Shown: piece after piece, positions 9,450 through 21,881 of the stretch
How positions within the stretch are numbered: position 1 is the first letter of the stretch
How the letters are laid out: each line of letters opens with the position of its first letter
Source: Erysipelotrichaceae bacterium
GTDB lineage: Bacteria > Bacillota_I > Bacilli_A > RFN20 > CAG-826
Reading direction: 5' to 3'
Assembly: GCA_012518415.1 (NCBI GenBank)
Contig: JAAYSH010000035.1
Location: forward strand, 934 to 64,933
DNA length: 64,000 nucleotides
Made by a program: the position numbers and the translations under genes
The notes under the pieces: model-generated
Seen by the model: only the letters and a program-made list of their open reading frames with translations
Databases searched by the model: none
Told to the model about the DNA's origin: nothing

Positions 9450-11141
9450 TTAATAACTCCTAATTTGAATTTTCGCCCCTTCTTCAGTAAGACTACCAAT
9501 TTTTACAGCATACCCAATACTTTCGCCGCTATTAAAGTTAAGTAATTTAAAGGCACTGCCTTCTTTATATAAACTATCGTTCGTTGCGACATATTTATTA
9601 CTTGGATCGCCAAACAGCTGATCAAATAAGGTTGGAGTTCGGTTTGGTTTGCCTTGGTCGGCTTTAACGATTTCGATAAGTGAATAATGCTCATTAACAA
9701 CGGAGCGCGGATTAAACGGATCAATCGTATTAGAATGTGCGACCTCGGTAAAATATGTATGAGGTGTTTGGTTTCTTCCTGCGATTGCCGTTGAAGGGGC
9801 TTCAATTTCATCGACATATTTAGTTTCACGAACATTTAAAGTTCTGACGCCATCATCAAGATAATAGGCGCTTCTAACTAAACGAGCATCAACATGTAAT
9901 AACCTAATACCTGGTTCAGAAAATCCCATTAATACATTGCTAAATGGATTATTTGGGTAAAATGCGTCCATATAATTAAGACCGCCAGGAGTGTAGTATT
10001 CGATCATAATATATTCATCAAATGGAGTATTATTCCAATTATTATTAATTAAAATAACATCGCCGGAACTATGAAATGGTCGAAGCGTAATATCACTATC
10101 ACCAGTTACTACAATTGGGTCAATCCATCCTAAAGCGAATTTAGAAAACGGGTTATGGTCACCAATCGTGCCATCCATCATATCGATATATCCAAGTGGT
10201 GCTTTTTTTCCGCCGTAGTCATAGTAGTCATCTAAACCTAAAATGTGACCAACTTCATGAATATATGTATGCGCATCAATTTCACTATCCCCGTAGCGGT
10301 TGTATAAAAAGTCATGACTTGCCCAAGCATATACTCCAGGAACTGGTTTATTCGTGTCACTAGGATCAATTGCTTCTTTATTTCCGTAATACCAAAATAC
10401 ATATGCCCAAAATACGTTGCTATCTAGCTGGGTTGTGTAATTGCGACCAGTTCTTTCATCATATAGGGTCTTTTCAGAATTTAAAAAGTTTGGAGCACTA
10501 TATACTAAGAAAATCGCATCAATTTCACCATCGTTATCTTGATCATATTCATTTAGTAAAGCTGCATCAAGTTGCTCATATACTTTTTCAAGTGCAAAAT
10601 ATGAGCCATCCATACCAGCATAATTGGGATTATTTTTGTTATTAGCGACATATTCGCTTAAATATGAGGTTGTAACACCTAAATCGACCCAGTTTGTTAC
10701 TTCTCCACTAAAATTAAGGGCACCGTAACTACTTTTATAATAATAAGATGCGACACTTTCAAAAACTGTATCATCACTACTACCAAAAAAGGCTTTTTCG
10801 AGTCGTTGTCTTGTTATTTCACCACCTGCACTATCGAGTTCACTTGCAGGATAATCACTAAATTCAACCGGCACAACAAGGAGTTTTTGCTCTCCTGTAC
10901 TATTAATCGTACTAATACCGTTAAGCTCATTTAAATATTTATATGTCGGGCGCTCTCCACTAGGAATATAGTTCTTATAGCCCTGATTATCTTGTTCATT
11001 AAATTCATCAAATGATATTGGAGCTTCGCTACTACTTGGCTCCTCATTATAGTCAATTATCGGAAAAGGCCATTCACAACTACTTAAAAGTAATGTTGCT
11101 AAGATGCTAAATCCAAATAGCTTTTTGCGTTTCATTCTCAC
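9450..11141 (-). CDS. Lipoprotein, M6 (InhA-like) zinc metallopeptidase paralog
   Basis: Lipobox LLLSSC; HEVGHILGLDDYYDY; LLVVPVEFSDY...ESVASYYYKSSYG. A 3-nt gap separates it from the downstream paralog. GGAGGAGG RBS upstream. Confidence 0.6.
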   Translation of the reverse strand: MRMKRKKLFGFSILATLLLSSCEWPFPIIDYNEEPSSSEAPISFDEFNEQDNQGYKNYIPSGERPTYKYLNELNGISTINSTGEQKLLVVPVEFSDYPASELDSAGGEITRQRLEKAFFGSSDDTVFESVASYYYKSSYGALNFSGEVTNWVDLGVTTSYLSEYVANNKNNPNYAGMDGSYFALEKVYEQLDAALLNEYDQDNDGEIDAIFLVYSAPNFLNSEKTLYDERTGRNYTTQLDSNVFWAYVFWYYGNKEAIDPSDTNKPVPGVYAWASHDFLYNRYGDSEIDAHTYIHEVGHILGLDDYYDYGGKKAPLGYIDMMDGTIGDHNPFSKFALGWIDPIVVTGDSDITLRPFHSSGDVILINNNWNNTPFDEYIMIEYYTPGGLNYMDAFYPNNPFSNVLMGFSEPGIRLLHVDARLVRSAYYLDDGVRTLNVRETKYVDEIEAPSTAIAGRNQTPHTYFTEVAHSNTIDPFNPRSVVNEHYSLIEIVKADQGKPNRTPTLFDQLFGDPSNKYVATNDSLYKEGSAFKLLNFNSGESIGYAVKIGSLTEEGAKIQIRSY

Positions 11142-11205
11142 TACCTCCTCCTTAGTCTATCTTTATAATTATAACTTTATTATTGTAACATGTGGAGTTT
11201 ATGCT

Positions 11206-12597
11206 TTATTCATGAGGAAGAATATCTTCGCCTTTTTGCTTAGGCAGCGGCAAAACAATATTTAAAATGAAACTAGCAACAATAATTATTAAAAAGAAAT
11301 TAATTTTTACACTACCAATCGTTAAGCTTAGTGCGAGTGTATAGCCTAAAAATATTTCCGCTAAGAAAAAGCCACCTAAAATAAAACCGAGTAATAAAAT
11401 AAGTATCACTCCAACACCTGTCCGAAGTTTTCCTTGCTCCTTAACTCCTGCTTTAATTAAATTAAACCCGTTGATAAATAGTCTTGAGGCAAATAAAAAT
11501 AAAAAGGCAAAATAAATCCCTTCAGGAATTGTCTGGAGAATATATTCAAGTGGTAAAGCAAAAACTAAAATAATTATCCCCATTAAAAAGGTAGTATTTA
11601 TAATCTTTTCTTTTTTATTAATATATCTAACTTCTTCACTTATAAGTTCAAAAGGCGGGATCGCAAAGGCTGAATTTGCTAAAGTCAGACCACTATCTAG
11701 TAAAATTTTCGAATCTAAACTAGGTCCTTCCTTTAACTTTTTGCTAACTTCTTCTCCTTCACCCCGGTACATATTTACTGTGTTTGAAAAACTAATAACT
11801 GTAAGTGCAAGCGCAAGTAAAATTAACGACCAATCAAAATCGATATGGTTATAAAATCTAAAATATTCGCCTAAATTACTAAAAACAAAATAATTATAAT
11901 GACCAAACTCTTGAAAACGGGCAAAATATAATGTGCCTTCAAGTGAAGCTTGCGTTGCAAGCATAATTAAGTCATGAATCACATAAATTAAAATGCCCAT
12001 AATAAAAATAAGTGGTAGTTTGTAGCGATTAAAGAAACTATCCTTACTAAGCGAATTAAATAAATAAAACAAAAAGACAAACAAAACTAGATTACTTATA
12101 CCTATATAGTTAATTACCCCGCCTTGATCAAGGGGAACATAAGTAAACTTCACTAAAATTCCGACCATAAATAGTGCCGCAAATACAATTGAAAGCGCAC
12201 CTGCAAAATAAGGCGGAATGAGTTTTTTCTTCATTCTTGGAGTAAAAAGATGGTAAACCATCGCAAATACGAGGTAAACGATTGCGATTATCCAAGAAGC
12301 AATCGCGACCCTACCTCGAGCAATCGCGCTAGCACTTACTCCATCACCTACTTCACTACTACCTAGTGTTAAAATAAAAATCGGTAAAAAAATAAAGTTT
12401 GGGATAAATAAGCCAAGCCGGTCTTTTTTATCAAAAATAATAAATGCGATTGATCCAATTGCCGCAAGTAAAATTCCAATACCTAAATGTGCTTTTGCAG
12501 CCAAAAGTGCCATGATTAATAAAACACTAAAATTAGTTATATTAACGCCGTAGGCACTTTTCTTAGATTTTACTTTTGCAACATCCGTTTTATTCAT
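11206..12597 (-). CDS. Polytopic integral membrane protein (~12 TM), unknown function; first gene of the membrane protein + 2x M6 protease operon
   Basis: 463-aa hydrophobic ORF with no recognised motif. TATAAT lies 6 nt upstream of the ATG and there is no SD sequence, so the transcript may be leaderless. Confidence 0.5.
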   Translation of the reverse strand: MNKTDVAKVKSKKSAYGVNITNFSVLLIMALLAAKAHLGIGILLAAIGSIAFIIFDKKDRLGLFIPNFIFLPIFILTLGSSEVGDGVSASAIARGRVAIASWIIAIVYLVFAMVYHLFTPRMKKKLIPPYFAGALSIVFAALFMVGILVKFTYVPLDQGGVINYIGISNLVLFVFLFYLFNSLSKDSFFNRYKLPLIFIMGILIYVIHDLIMLATQASLEGTLYFARFQEFGHYNYFVFSNLGEYFRFYNHIDFDWSLILLALALTVISFSNTVNMYRGEGEEVSKKLKEGPSLDSKILLDSGLTLANSAFAIPPFELISEEVRYINKKEKIINTTFLMGIIILVFALPLEYILQTIPEGIYFAFLFLFASRLFINGFNLIKAGVKEQGKLRTGVGVILILLLGFILGGFFLAEIFLGYTLALSLTIGSVKINFFLIIIVASFILNIVLPLPKQKGEDILPHE

Positions 12598-12642
12598 AAG
12601 ATAATTATATCTAATTTAACCATCAAAAAGGAAAATACATGA

Positions 12643-12675
12643 CAAAAAAAACAAAAAACTGCGGCATAACCGCAG
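12643..12675 (-). terminator. Rho-independent terminator downstream of rpoC
   Basis: Stem CTGCGG/CCGCAG (12659-12664 / 12670-12675) with a CATAA loop. On the minus-strand RNA it is followed by a U-rich run (A-rich 12643-12658 on the plus strand). Confidence 0.65.
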
Positions 12676-12696
12676 TTTAATGTTTACTTTAGCGAT

Positions 12697-15600
12697 TTAT
12701 TTCTCGTAATCTGATAAGTAAAACTCTTCTACTTCTTCAAGTTCATCTGAGACTTCGAAGTTTGCGAGTGTTTCTTCTTCATCATACAATTCGTTAACGG
12801 TTCGTCCAGCTGGAATAAGTTTTCCAGTAATGACGTTTTCTTTTAAGCCGTGAAGTGTATCTGTTTTTCCTTTAATCGCGGCATCGGTAAGTACTCTTGT
12901 TGTTTCTTGGAACGATGCTGCCGAAAGGAAACTTTCAGATTCAAGCGCAGCTTTAGTAATTCCTAAAATAATTGGACGTGCTACCGCTGGTTTGCCGCCC
13001 TCAAGCAAGTGCTTGTGGTTTTCCTCAGTGAAACGAATTAATGTTACACGTTGTCCTGGGAGTAAACTTGTATCTCCACCATCGATAACGACGACTTTCC
13101 GTAACATTTGTCGGGTAATAACTTCTAAGTGTTTATCAGAAATTTTAACACCTGCTGATGTACGGTAAACTTTTTGAACTTCATTAAGAATATAGTTTTC
13201 AACCGCAGTTACGTCAGAAACTTCTAATAGTTTCTTCGGATTAATTGCACCTTCGGTAATTCTTTGGCCGTTAACAATTTCATCACCTTCTTTGACGCGT
13301 AACTTCGCACCGTAGTTAGTGTGATATTCTTTTTCTTCGACCGTGTCACCTAAGTCATTAGCAATAACAACTTTGGAGCGGTTATTAACAGTTTCAATTG
13401 ATTTAACAACTCCAGCAATTTCTGAAATAAGTGCTTCGCCTTTAGGGTTTCGCGCTTCAAATAATTCTTGGACTCTTGGTAAACCTTGGGTAACGTCTTC
13501 GCCACCAGCGACACCACCAGAGTGGAATGTCCGCATCGTTAACTGCGTTCCTGGCTCACCAATTGATTGCGCCGCCATAACTCCAACCGCATCACCTACT
13601 TCAGCAAGTTGACCAGTTGCTAAGTTAACACCGTAACAGTGCCTACATACACCTTTACGTGTTTCACAGCCAAATAATGAACGAATTTCAACACTCTTAA
13701 CACCTGATTCTTCAACAAGCAGTGCCTCATCTTCAGTAATTAATGTATTAGCTTCAACAAGAATATCACCTGTTTCAGGATGGAGAATATCATGAATTGT
13801 AAAGCGACCTACAAGTCGATCTGATAAGGATACAACTGGGCGATCAGCTTCAATTTTCTTCCGTTCTCTAATTTCTGTAACGACAAAGCCATGATCGCTA
13901 CCGCAATCTTCTTCACGGATAATAACATCTTGGGCAACGTCAACTAGACGTCTTGTTAAATAACCAGAGTCAGCAGTTTTTAAGGCTGTGTCCGCTCCAC
14001 CTTTACGAGAACCGTGCGAGGCGATAAAGAATTCACTAACAGTTAATCCTTCACGGAATGAAGTTTTAATTGGTAACTCAATCGTCTTTCCACTTGGAGA
14101 CGCCATTAGTCCACGCATACCTTCTAATTGTAAGAAGTTACTTTCTTTACCACGCGCACCACTATCGCTCATTAAGAATAATGGGTTTTCTTTATCAGCA
14201 TTGAACTGGGTACGAAGTGCTTCGCGTACTTCATTAGAAATATCTTTCCAGTTATCAATAACTGCATCATAGCGCTCTTCTTCATTAACAAGTCCTTTGT
14301 CAAAAGCATGCTGGATTTGCATTACTTTTTCATCACCCTTCTCAATAATCTCATGCTTGCCTTCGACAATTTTAATGTCCGCAAGTGAGATAGTTAGCCC
14401 TGATTGGGTGGCAAAGGAGAAGCCTTGATCTTTAATCTTATCAAGGACCGCACTTGTTTTTCCTGCACCATATTTTTTAAACAATAAGTCAATTAAGACA
14501 GAAATGTCTTTAACTTTAATTGGTTTGCGTAATTTTTGCTTGGCAACGTATTCACGAATATTTGTTCCGCGCGGGACAAAATACTCGCTTGGAGTTTCTT
14601 CATAATTAAGTGTTTCCCCATTGTATGTATCGTTAATATAGGCGAAATCACTTGGGAAAACTTGATTAAATAATAATTTACCAACACTTGTAATTAAATA
14701 AGAAGCATTCATTTCTGGTGTGAAGCATTTTTTCTTAAGTGCTTTACCAGGAATTGCGACCCGATTATGGAGGTGAACCAAATTAGTTTCATAAGCGATT
14801 CTTACTTCATTAACTGAACGGAACACTTTTCCTTCACTTGCAGCATATAATTCATAGTTAGCTGCTTGTTCGTAGTCGCCTCTTTCTCTTTCTTCTTCGG
14901 CGCGGTCACGGAAATCTTTAACATTCTTTTCCGTTGTCATATAGTAGTTACCAATAACCATATCTTGTGATGGTGTAACAATTGGCTTACCATCTTTTGG
15001 ACCTAAAATATTATTGGAAGCAAGCATTAAAGTAAGTGCTTCTTCTTGCGCGGCTTTACCTAATGGGACGTGAATTGACATCTGGTCACCATCAAAGTCC
15101 GCGTTAAAACCAGTACAAACAAGTGGGTGAAGCCTAATAGCTCTACCACTTACTAAAACTGGTTGGAATGCTTGAATTCCAAGTCGATGAAGTGTTGGGG
15201 CGCGGTTAAGCAAGACAGGATGTTCAGAAATAATATCTTCGATAATATCAAAAACTGCTTCATGGTATTGATCGATCATCTTGTCTGCTGCCCGGTTACC
15301 ATTCGCCTTGCCTTCTTTAATCAAAATGTGGGCAATAAATGGTCTAAATAATTGAATTGCCATAACAACCGGGACACCGCATTGATACATTTTTAATTCT
15401 GGACCAACAGCGATAACTGAACGACCTGAATAGTCAACACGTTTACCAAGTAAGTTTTGACGGAACCGACCTTGTTTACCTTTTAAGTTTGAACTTAATG
15501 ATTTTAAGGCGCGTCCCCCGGTACCTGTTACTGGTCTTGAACGACGACCATTATCAATTAAAGCATCGACTGCTTCTTGGAGCATCCGCTTTTCGTTCAT

Positions 15601-16590
15601 TAAAATAACACTTGGTGCGTTCATTTCAATTAATTTCTTTAACCGGTTATTTCTTGTAATAACCCGGCGGTATAAATCGTTTAAGTCACTTGTAGCGTTT
15701 CTGCCGCCATCAAGTTGAATAATCGGACGTAAATCTGGTGGAATAACTGGAATTACATCCAAGACCATCCACTCAGGTTTATTTTCACTATTTCTAAACG
15801 CTTCGACAACTTCGAGACGTTTAACTTCTTTTTGTCGACGTTGTCCGGTTGATTTAGTTAAAGATTCTCTTAACTTTTCATATTCACCGTCTAAATCGAC
15901 TTCTTTTAATAACCGTTTTACTGCTTCTGCACCTTCACCAAATTCGGCGCCATTGAAGTAAGCGACAAATCTTGAGACAGTGTAAAAGTCAAACGGCCGG
16001 CTAACATCTTGGAGTTTATCAATAATTGATTCACTTTGCGCATATTCATATGTATCAGGTTTAATTAAACCTTCTTCTTGAATTTCGCGGATAACGTTTG
16101 CGAAAATTTCGCGGCCGTTGCGCTCATCAATAAATTGTTTGTATTCTAAAACTTCTGATGTGCCAGGGTTTAAAACGACGTGGGATGAGAAGTATATAAC
16201 TTCTTCTAATAATCGGGCCGACACATCGAGTAATAATCCCATTCTTGAAGGGACGCCTTTTAAATACCAAATGTGTGAGGCAGGTGAGGCGAGTTCGATA
16301 TGACCTAATCTTTCACGACGTGCCTCTTTGGAAATGACTTCAACACCACACTTTTCACAGGTAATATTGCGGTTTCTTGCTCTTTTGTACTTACCACAGT
16401 TACATTCATAATCTTTGGCAGGTCCAAAAATGCGTTCACAAAATAGTCCTTCCATTTCTGGCTTTTGTGAGCGGTAGTTAATCGTTTCTGGCTTTAAAAC
16501 TTCACCGTTTGACCATTCACGAATTTTTTCAGGTGACGCTAAACCTACTTTCATTGACTGAAGTCGATTAACATTAAATGTATTTGACAT
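12697..16590 (-). CDS. rpoC: DNA-directed RNA polymerase subunit beta'
   Basis: 1297 aa with the NADFDGDQM catalytic motif and Zn-binding CNCGKY...CEKCG at the N-terminus. Confidence 0.97.
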   Translation of the reverse strand: MSNTFNVNRLQSMKVGLASPEKIREWSNGEVLKPETINYRSQKPEMEGLFCERIFGPAKDYECNCGKYKRARNRNITCEKCGVEVISKEARRERLGHIELASPASHIWYLKGVPSRMGLLLDVSARLLEEVIYFSSHVVLNPGTSEVLEYKQFIDERNGREIFANVIREIQEEGLIKPDTYEYAQSESIIDKLQDVSRPFDFYTVSRFVAYFNGAEFGEGAEAVKRLLKEVDLDGEYEKLRESLTKSTGQRRQKEVKRLEVVEAFRNSENKPEWMVLDVIPVIPPDLRPIIQLDGGRNATSDLNDLYRRVITRNNRLKKLIEMNAPSVILMNEKRMLQEAVDALIDNGRRSRPVTGTGGRALKSLSSNLKGKQGRFRQNLLGKRVDYSGRSVIAVGPELKMYQCGVPVVMAIQLFRPFIAHILIKEGKANGNRAADKMIDQYHEAVFDIIEDIISEHPVLLNRAPTLHRLGIQAFQPVLVSGRAIRLHPLVCTGFNADFDGDQMSIHVPLGKAAQEEALTLMLASNNILGPKDGKPIVTPSQDMVIGNYYMTTEKNVKDFRDRAEEERERGDYEQAANYELYAASEGKVFRSVNEVRIAYETNLVHLHNRVAIPGKALKKKCFTPEMNASYLITSVGKLLFNQVFPSDFAYINDTYNGETLNYEETPSEYFVPRGTNIREYVAKQKLRKPIKVKDISVLIDLLFKKYGAGKTSAVLDKIKDQGFSFATQSGLTISLADIKIVEGKHEIIEKGDEKVMQIQHAFDKGLVNEEERYDAVIDNWKDISNEVREALRTQFNADKENPLFLMSDSGARGKESNFLQLEGMRGLMASPSGKTIELPIKTSFREGLTVSEFFIASHGSRKGGADTALKTADSGYLTRRLVDVAQDVIIREEDCGSDHGFVVTEIRERKKIEADRPVVSLSDRLVGRFTIHDILHPETGDILVEANTLITEDEALLVEESGVKSVEIRSLFGCETRKGVCRHCYGVNLATGQLAEVGDAVGVMAAQSIGEPGTQLTMRTFHSGGVAGGEDVTQGLPRVQELFEARNPKGEALISEIAGVVKSIETVNNRSKVVIANDLGDTVEEKEYHTNYGAKLRVKEGDEIVNGQRITEGAINPKKLLEVSDVTAVENYILNEVQKVYRTSAGVKISDKHLEVITRQMLRKVVVIDGGDTSLLPGQRVTLIRFTEENHKHLLEGGKPAVARPIILGITKAALESESFLSAASFQETTRVLTDAAIKGKTDTLHGLKENVITGKLIPAGRTVNELYDEEETLANFEVSDELEEVEEFYLSDYEK

Positions 16591-16605
16591 ATATTAGCCT
16601 CCTCC

Positions 16606-19600
16606 TTACTCGATATCGGACTCATCATCCGTATCGCTTTCTTCTGATTTTCTTAATTCTTCGACACTTTGAGCATATTCTAGTGCTTCTTTTCCTCGTA
16701 AGGATGTGCGGACTTTGCGCTCTTCAGCGACGTTCTTCTTCGCGATTTCAAGTAAGTCAATTTCTTCACCTTCATCATCGTATAAGCGAACATCGATTGC
16801 GAGTCCTTGTAATTCTTTCGTTAATACTTTAAAGGATTCAGGAATGCCTGGTTTTGGTAATTCATGACCTTTAATAATTGCTTCATAAGTTTTTCTTCTT
16901 CCAATTCGATCATCTGATTTAATTGTAAGAATTTCTTGGAGTGTATGGGCCGCACCATAAGCTTCAAGTGCCCAAACTTCCATTTCTCCAAATCTTTGGC
17001 CACCGTTTTGAGCTTTACCTCCAAGTGGTTGTTGCGTAACTAAACTATATGGTCCAGTTGCACGAGCGTGTAACTTATCATCAACCATGTGGTCAAGTTT
17101 AATTAAATACATAACACCAACGTTAACTCGCTCATCAAAGCGCTCACCAGTACGACCGTCATATAAAACAGTCTTACCATCTTCGGCAACATCGGCGGCT
17201 TTCATTAAATCTAAAATTTCTTCGTTAGTAATGCCGTCAAAAACTGGTGTCGCTAGGCGAATACCAAGTTTTGCACAGGCAAGTCCTGCGTGCATTTCTA
17301 AAATCTGCCCAATATTCATCCTTGAAGGGACACCAAGTGGGTTTAAAATAACATCAACCGGAGTTCCATCTGGCATATACGGCATATCTGCTGCAGGTAA
17401 GATGCGTGAAATAACACCCTTGTTACCGTGACGTCCAGACATTTTGTCACCTTCAGAGATTTTTCGCTTTTGAGCGATATAAACACGGACAACCTGGTTT
17501 ACATCCGGTGGTAAAAGGTCGCCATTTTCTCTTGAAAATACTTTAACATCGACAACTGTTCCCGCACCTCCGTTAGGAACGCGAAGTGAGGTGTCTTTGC
17601 CTTCTTTGGCTTTATCAGATGAAATTGCCATCATTAATTTTTCAACTGGTGAAGGTTCGCGGTGGCCCTTTGGTGTTGTTTTACCAACAAGAATATCGCC
17701 TTCTTTTACTTCTGCACCAGGAATAATGATTCCGTTTTCATCTAAATATTTTTTCGCATCTTCACCAACATGGGGAATATCGCGAGTAATTTCTTCTTTA
17801 CCAAGCTTCGTATCACGGCTCTTTACATCATACTTTTCAATACGAATTGATGTGTATGTGTCATCTTTGATGAGCCGGTCCGAAATAACGATCGCGTCTT
17901 CAAAGTTATAGCCTTCCCAAGCCATAAATGCAACATTAACGTTTTGACCTAAAGCAAGGTCACCGTTTTGCATCGCTGGTCCATCAGCAATAAGTTCACC
18001 TTTTTTAACTTTTTCACCAACTTTTACGACCGCATTTTGGTTATAACAACTACCTTGGTTCGAACGAGCGAACTTTTGTAAGTGATATTCATCTTTACCT
18101 TCGCTTGTTTCAACAACAATTAATTTGCTGTCAACATATGTAACTTCTCCGTCACGCTTAGCTAAAACGGCAGAGCCACTATCACGGGCAACTTGCCATT
18201 CTAATCCCGTACCAATAATTGGTGCTTCTGGATTAATTAAGGGTAGTGCTTGTCGCTGCATGTTTGCTCCCATTAATGCACGCATTGCGTCGTCGTTTTC
18301 TAAAAACGGAATCGAAGCAGCTGCGACTGAAACAATTTGTTTGGGAGAAACATCGATATAATCAACTTGCTTTGGATCGACAACGACGTTATTACCTCCG
18401 TGGCGAGCAACGACGTTTTCATCAGTCATAAAACCATTTTCGTCAATGCTTACACTTGCTTGAGCGATAATAACATCTTCTTCATCCGCAGCACTTAAAT
18501 ATATTGTTTCATCTAAAATCTGACCAGTTCCTTTAACAACTTTCCGGTATGGTGTTTCAAGGAAACCGTATTTATTAACTTTTGCGTATGTCGCTAAGTT
18601 GTTAATAAGTCCAATGTTTTGTCCTTCAGGAGTTTCAATTGGACAAATTCTTCCGTAGTGTGAAGTATGAACGTCACGAACATCAAAAGAAGCACGGTCA
18701 CGTGATAATCCGCCTGGTCCAAGCGCGGAAATCCGCCGCTTATTTGTAATTTCTGCGAGTGGATTTGTTTGGTCCATAAACTGAGACAACTGTGATTTAG
18801 CAAAAAAGTCATGGGTTTGTGCTGTTAATGGACGGATATTAATTAATGATTGTGGTGTAACTGAATCAATTTCACTAATCGACATTTTTTCTTTAACCGC
18901 TTTGGCCATTTTTGATAAACCAATTCTAAAGGTGTTTTGAATTAATTCACCAACACTACGAACGCGGCGGTTACCTAAGAAGTCGATATCATCAGTTTTT
19001 CCAATTCCTAAGGGGAAAGTAGAAAAATAACTAAAGGTCGCATAAATATCAGGAATTGTGACACGTGTAATTGTTTCGTTTAAATAAGTACCGACAATAT
19101 TAATCGTTTTTGTTTGTTCATCGTTAGTAAATACTTTAATAATATTAACTTTGTCATGCCCAGGATCAAGCTTATCATTGATTGGTAAACTTACTTCATG
19201 AGCTCCATTTTCAAAGACGCGGTTTGCTTTTAATTCATCCACTTCTTTTCTTGTTAATGTATGGCCTTTCGCATATAAAACTTCACCATCAGCAGAAACA
19301 AGGTTTTCTGCTAGAGTGACGCCACGAAGACGGTTATAAATACCTAACTTTTGGGCGAATTTATACCGACCAGCCTTGCCTAAGTCATAGCGTTTTTCAT
19401 CGAAAAACTTTTGTGCGATAAATTTATGAACACCATCTTTAGTTAATGGTTCCCCTGGTTTTAGTTTTCTAAATATTTCAACTAGGGCGTTAGTTTGAAC
19501 TTCAACTTGGTTTCTTCCACCAGTTGAGGCATCTTTTAATAAAGTATTTTGTAATCTTGTAAGCGGTAGTTCTTCACCTTTTTTAAGTCGAGGTTTTTTT

Positions 19601-20259
19601 ACGAATTGCTCGTCAAATAACTCCTCGATTTCTTTATCGGTTGATAAACCTAGCGCTTTTAAAAGTGTTGTTGCGTATAGTTTTCTTGAACGATCAATTT
19701 TAACGTTTAAAATATCACGGCGATCACTCATGAATTCTAGCCATGTTCCGCGTGTAGGAATTAAATCACCTGCAAAAAGCATCGTTCCTGATTTGTCTCT
19801 TTCGGCTGACATATACGCGCCAGGAGAACGAACGATTTGAGAAACGATAACTCGCTCCGCGCCATTAATAATAAATGTTCCTGATGGAGTCATTAATGGG
19901 AAGTCACCCATAAATACTTCGCTTTCTTTAATTTCACCGGTTTCTTTAAACCGTAACCGATAAACAGCGCGAAGCGGTGCTTCATAAGTTAAATCTCTTT
20001 CTTTACATTCTAAATAATGAAATTCTGGTTCATCAAACCTAAACGAGACATATTCAATGACTAATGTTTCCGCATAGTTAGAAATCGGGAACACATCTTT
20101 TAATACTTCATCAACCCCTTCAGTAATAAACCACTCATACGAATCGGTTTGAATTTCTACTAAATTTGGGAGCGATAACGAACTCGATGTTTTTGTAAAA
20201 TCATAACGGTCGTTATTTAATTTTTTCTTTGGTAATTTTACTGACATACATGGCCTCAC
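16606..20259 (-). CDS. rpoB: DNA-directed RNA polymerase subunit beta
   Basis: 1217 aa with conserved beta motifs ([20 protein letters not shown]). The true start may be the internal Met at MSVKL. Confidence 0.96.
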   Translation of the reverse strand: MRPCMSVKLPKKKLNNDRYDFTKTSSSLSLPNLVEIQTDSYEWFITEGVDEVLKDVFPISNYAETLVIEYVSFRFDEPEFHYLECKERDLTYEAPLRAVYRLRFKETGEIKESEVFMGDFPLMTPSGTFIINGAERVIVSQIVRSPGAYMSAERDKSGTMLFAGDLIPTRGTWLEFMSDRRDILNVKIDRSRKLYATTLLKALGLSTDKEIEELFDEQFVKKPRLKKGEELPLTRLQNTLLKDASTGGRNQVEVQTNALVEIFRKLKPGEPLTKDGVHKFIAQKFFDEKRYDLGKAGRYKFAQKLGIYNRLRGVTLAENLVSADGEVLYAKGHTLTRKEVDELKANRVFENGAHEVSLPINDKLDPGHDKVNIIKVFTNDEQTKTINIVGTYLNETITRVTIPDIYATFSYFSTFPLGIGKTDDIDFLGNRRVRSVGELIQNTFRIGLSKMAKAVKEKMSISEIDSVTPQSLINIRPLTAQTHDFFAKSQLSQFMDQTNPLAEITNKRRISALGPGGLSRDRASFDVRDVHTSHYGRICPIETPEGQNIGLINNLATYAKVNKYGFLETPYRKVVKGTGQILDETIYLSAADEEDVIIAQASVSIDENGFMTDENVVARHGGNNVVVDPKQVDYIDVSPKQIVSVAAASIPFLENDDAMRALMGANMQRQALPLINPEAPIIGTGLEWQVARDSGSAVLAKRDGEVTYVDSKLIVVETSEGKDEYHLQKFARSNQGSCYNQNAVVKVGEKVKKGELIADGPAMQNGDLALGQNVNVAFMAWEGYNFEDAIVISDRLIKDDTYTSIRIEKYDVKSRDTKLGKEEITRDIPHVGEDAKKYLDENGIIIPGAEVKEGDILVGKTTPKGHREPSPVEKLMMAISSDKAKEGKDTSLRVPNGGAGTVVDVKVFSRENGDLLPPDVNQVVRVYIAQKRKISEGDKMSGRHGNKGVISRILPAADMPYMPDGTPVDVILNPLGVPSRMNIGQILEMHAGLACAKLGIRLATPVFDGITNEEILDLMKAADVAEDGKTVLYDGRTGERFDERVNVGVMYLIKLDHMVDDKLHARATGPYSLVTQQPLGGKAQNGGQRFGEMEVWALEAYGAAHTLQEILTIKSDDRIGRRKTYEAIIKGHELPKPGIPESFKVLTKELQGLAIDVRLYDDEGEEIDLLEIAKKNVAEERKVRTSLRGKEALEYAQSVEELRKSEESDTDDESDIE

Positions 20260-20270
20260 TTTCTTTATAA

Positions 20271-20876
20271 CTAATTTGTCTTTTTGGCCGAATAAATGTA
20301 GTAGCCTTTGTGTCTTTTTAATAAGTCACAGTTGCCGAACACACTTTCGACATATGTTTTGGCACTTTTAGCTCCGTGTGACTTACGCATCACGAAGTAA
20401 AGCGCTCCACCTAGATTTAAATGCTCATGACTTTCGCCAAGCATTTTATATACAATTTGTTTCCCCGCCCTGATCGGCGGGTTAACAATAATTGCATCGA
20501 ATGTTTCGCCTTTATTTATTGCACTGTACACATCACTAAGGCGAATATCACTAGTAGCGAGCTGATAAGCGTCCCAGTTGCGTTTTGCTAAATTAAGGGC
20601 GCGCTTATTTATTTCAAGCATCGTTACTTGGATGTTTGGGAATAAGACTTTTAGAGTAATGCCGATAACTCCAATGCCTGATCCTAGATCAATAACTTTC
20701 CCGTCGATACCTTGTTCATAAATAACTTTTAATAATGCTGCAGATCCAGCATCAATTTTGTTTTTTGAAAAGACACCGCGGTCACTAGTAAGAGTGAAGT
20801 TTTCCCCTCCTAGAGTATAAGTTACGATAAACTCTTCGCTAGGGAGAGCATCATCATTTTTGAAATAATGTGACAT
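20271..20876 (-). CDS. Class I SAM-dependent methyltransferase (small-domain/RsmC-like), in the position of B. subtilis ybxB between rplL and rpoB
   Basis: [16 protein letters not shown]-binding motif and IVNPPIRAG motif; 201 aa; synteny with ybxB. Confidence 0.75.
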   Translation of the reverse strand: MSHYFKNDDALPSEEFIVTYTLGGENFTLTSDRGVFSKNKIDAGSAALLKVIYEQGIDGKVIDLGSGIGVIGITLKVLFPNIQVTMLEINKRALNLAKRNWDAYQLATSDIRLSDVYSAINKGETFDAIIVNPPIRAGKQIVYKMLGESHEHLNLGGALYFVMRKSHGAKSAKTYVESVFGNCDLLKRHKGYYIYSAKKTN

Positions 20877-20895
20877 TTTCTTCTCCTCCCTTTAA

Positions 20896-20926
20896 AGCCG
20901 AAAAACCCGCTCATATAAGCAGGTTT
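20896..20926 (-). terminator. Putative attenuator/terminator hairpin between rplL and the methyltransferase-rpoB genes
   Basis: AAACCCGC-TCATATA-AGCAGGTTT stem-loop with one mismatch; followed on the minus-strand RNA by UUUUUCGGCUUU. Confidence 0.35.
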
Positions 20927-20947
20927 ATTTAGGCACTTAAGTAAGTC

Positions 20948-21322
20948 TTATTTAATTTCAACAGTTGCTCCTGCAGCTTCAATAGCTTTTTTATGCTCTT
21001 CCGCTTCAACTGGAGAAATGTTTTCTTTAATTGCAACTGGTGCTGAGTCAACAAGTTTTTTCGCATCCATTAAGCCTAAACCAGTAATTGCTTGTACTGC
21101 TTTAATAACTGGGACTTTGGTTTGACCAATTTCGGTTAACATTAATGTTACTTCGCTTGGTCCTTTTTTACTTGTTTCTTCTTCTTCGGCAGGTCCGGCT
21201 GCGACTGCGACTGCAGCGGTAACTCCGAATTCTTCTTCAATTGCTTTAACTAAATCGTTAAGTTCTAAAACGCTCATTTCTTTTAATGCAGCGATAATTT
21301 GTTCTGCTGTAAGTTTTGCCAT
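20948..21322 (-). CDS. rplL: 50S ribosomal protein L7/L12
   Basis: 124 aa, Ala/Glu-rich, with the conserved C-terminal domain ...[10 protein letters not shown]. Confidence 0.95.
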   Translation of the reverse strand: MAKLTAEQIIAALKEMSVLELNDLVKAIEEEFGVTAAVAVAAGPAEEEETSKKGPSEVTLMLTEIGQTKVPVIKAVQAITGLGLMDAKKLVDSAPVAIKENISPVEAEEHKKAIEAAGATVEIK

Positions 21323-21368
21323 TATTTATTTCCTCCTTGTGGCACATGTTTTTGATTTAATTTAGTTG

Positions 21369-21881
21369 TTACGCTTCTACTTGTTGTTCGCCAGATTGCG
21401 AATCTGCAATCGCTTGAACTGTAGCGGCGAATTTTCGAATCGGACCTTGAAGTACTGAACAAACCATCGATAATAACCCATCTCTTCCAGGTAATCTACC
21501 AATTTCTAGTACTTCCTTCCCGGTGACTGGTTGGCCTTCAATAATACCGGCCTTGATGACTAGTTCTTCATGTCTTCGGGAATACTTGCGTAAAATTTTT
21601 GGTCCAGCAATAACATCTTCGGAAAAGATGTAAGCATTAGGTCCTTTGAGATGTTCTTCTAACTGTTCGCCATATCCGAGTTCATCAAGCGCTCGAGAAA
21701 ATAGCGTGTTTTTGTAGACGACTAATTTTGCATTTTGCTCTTTAAGCTCTTTGCGAATTTCGGTAAGTTGGGTAACATTTAGTCCGCGATATTCCGCGAT
21801 AATAAGTGCATCAACTTTTTTGACGTCTTCGACTATCTCTTGGACGATAGCTTGCTTTTTTTGCAAGACTTTTCTACTCAT
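21369..21881 (-). CDS. rplJ: 50S ribosomal protein L10
   Basis: 170 aa; located between rplA and rplL. Confidence 0.9.
   Translation of the reverse strand: MSRKVLQKKQAIVQEIVEDVKKVDALIIAEYRGLNVTQLTEIRKELKEQNAKLVVYKNTLFSRALDELGYGEQLEEHLKGPNAYIFSEDVIAGPKILRKYSRRHEELVIKAGIIEGQPVTGKEVLEIGRLPGRDGLLSMVCSVLQGPIRKFAATVQAIADSQSGEQQVEA

Noticed and set aside
9503-9835. 110-aa minus-strand ORF inside the M6 lipoprotein gene; similar same-strand alternate-frame ORFs at 30208-30516, 34075-34305, 34611-34910, 47055-47285, 48797-48982, 63596-63838
   Set aside because: Alternate frames of strongly supported genes; no independent evidence.
16578-16832. 84-aa plus-strand ORF spanning the rpoB/rpoC junction
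   Set aside because: Antisense to the rpoB 3' end and rpoC start; His/Leu/Arg-rich artefact.
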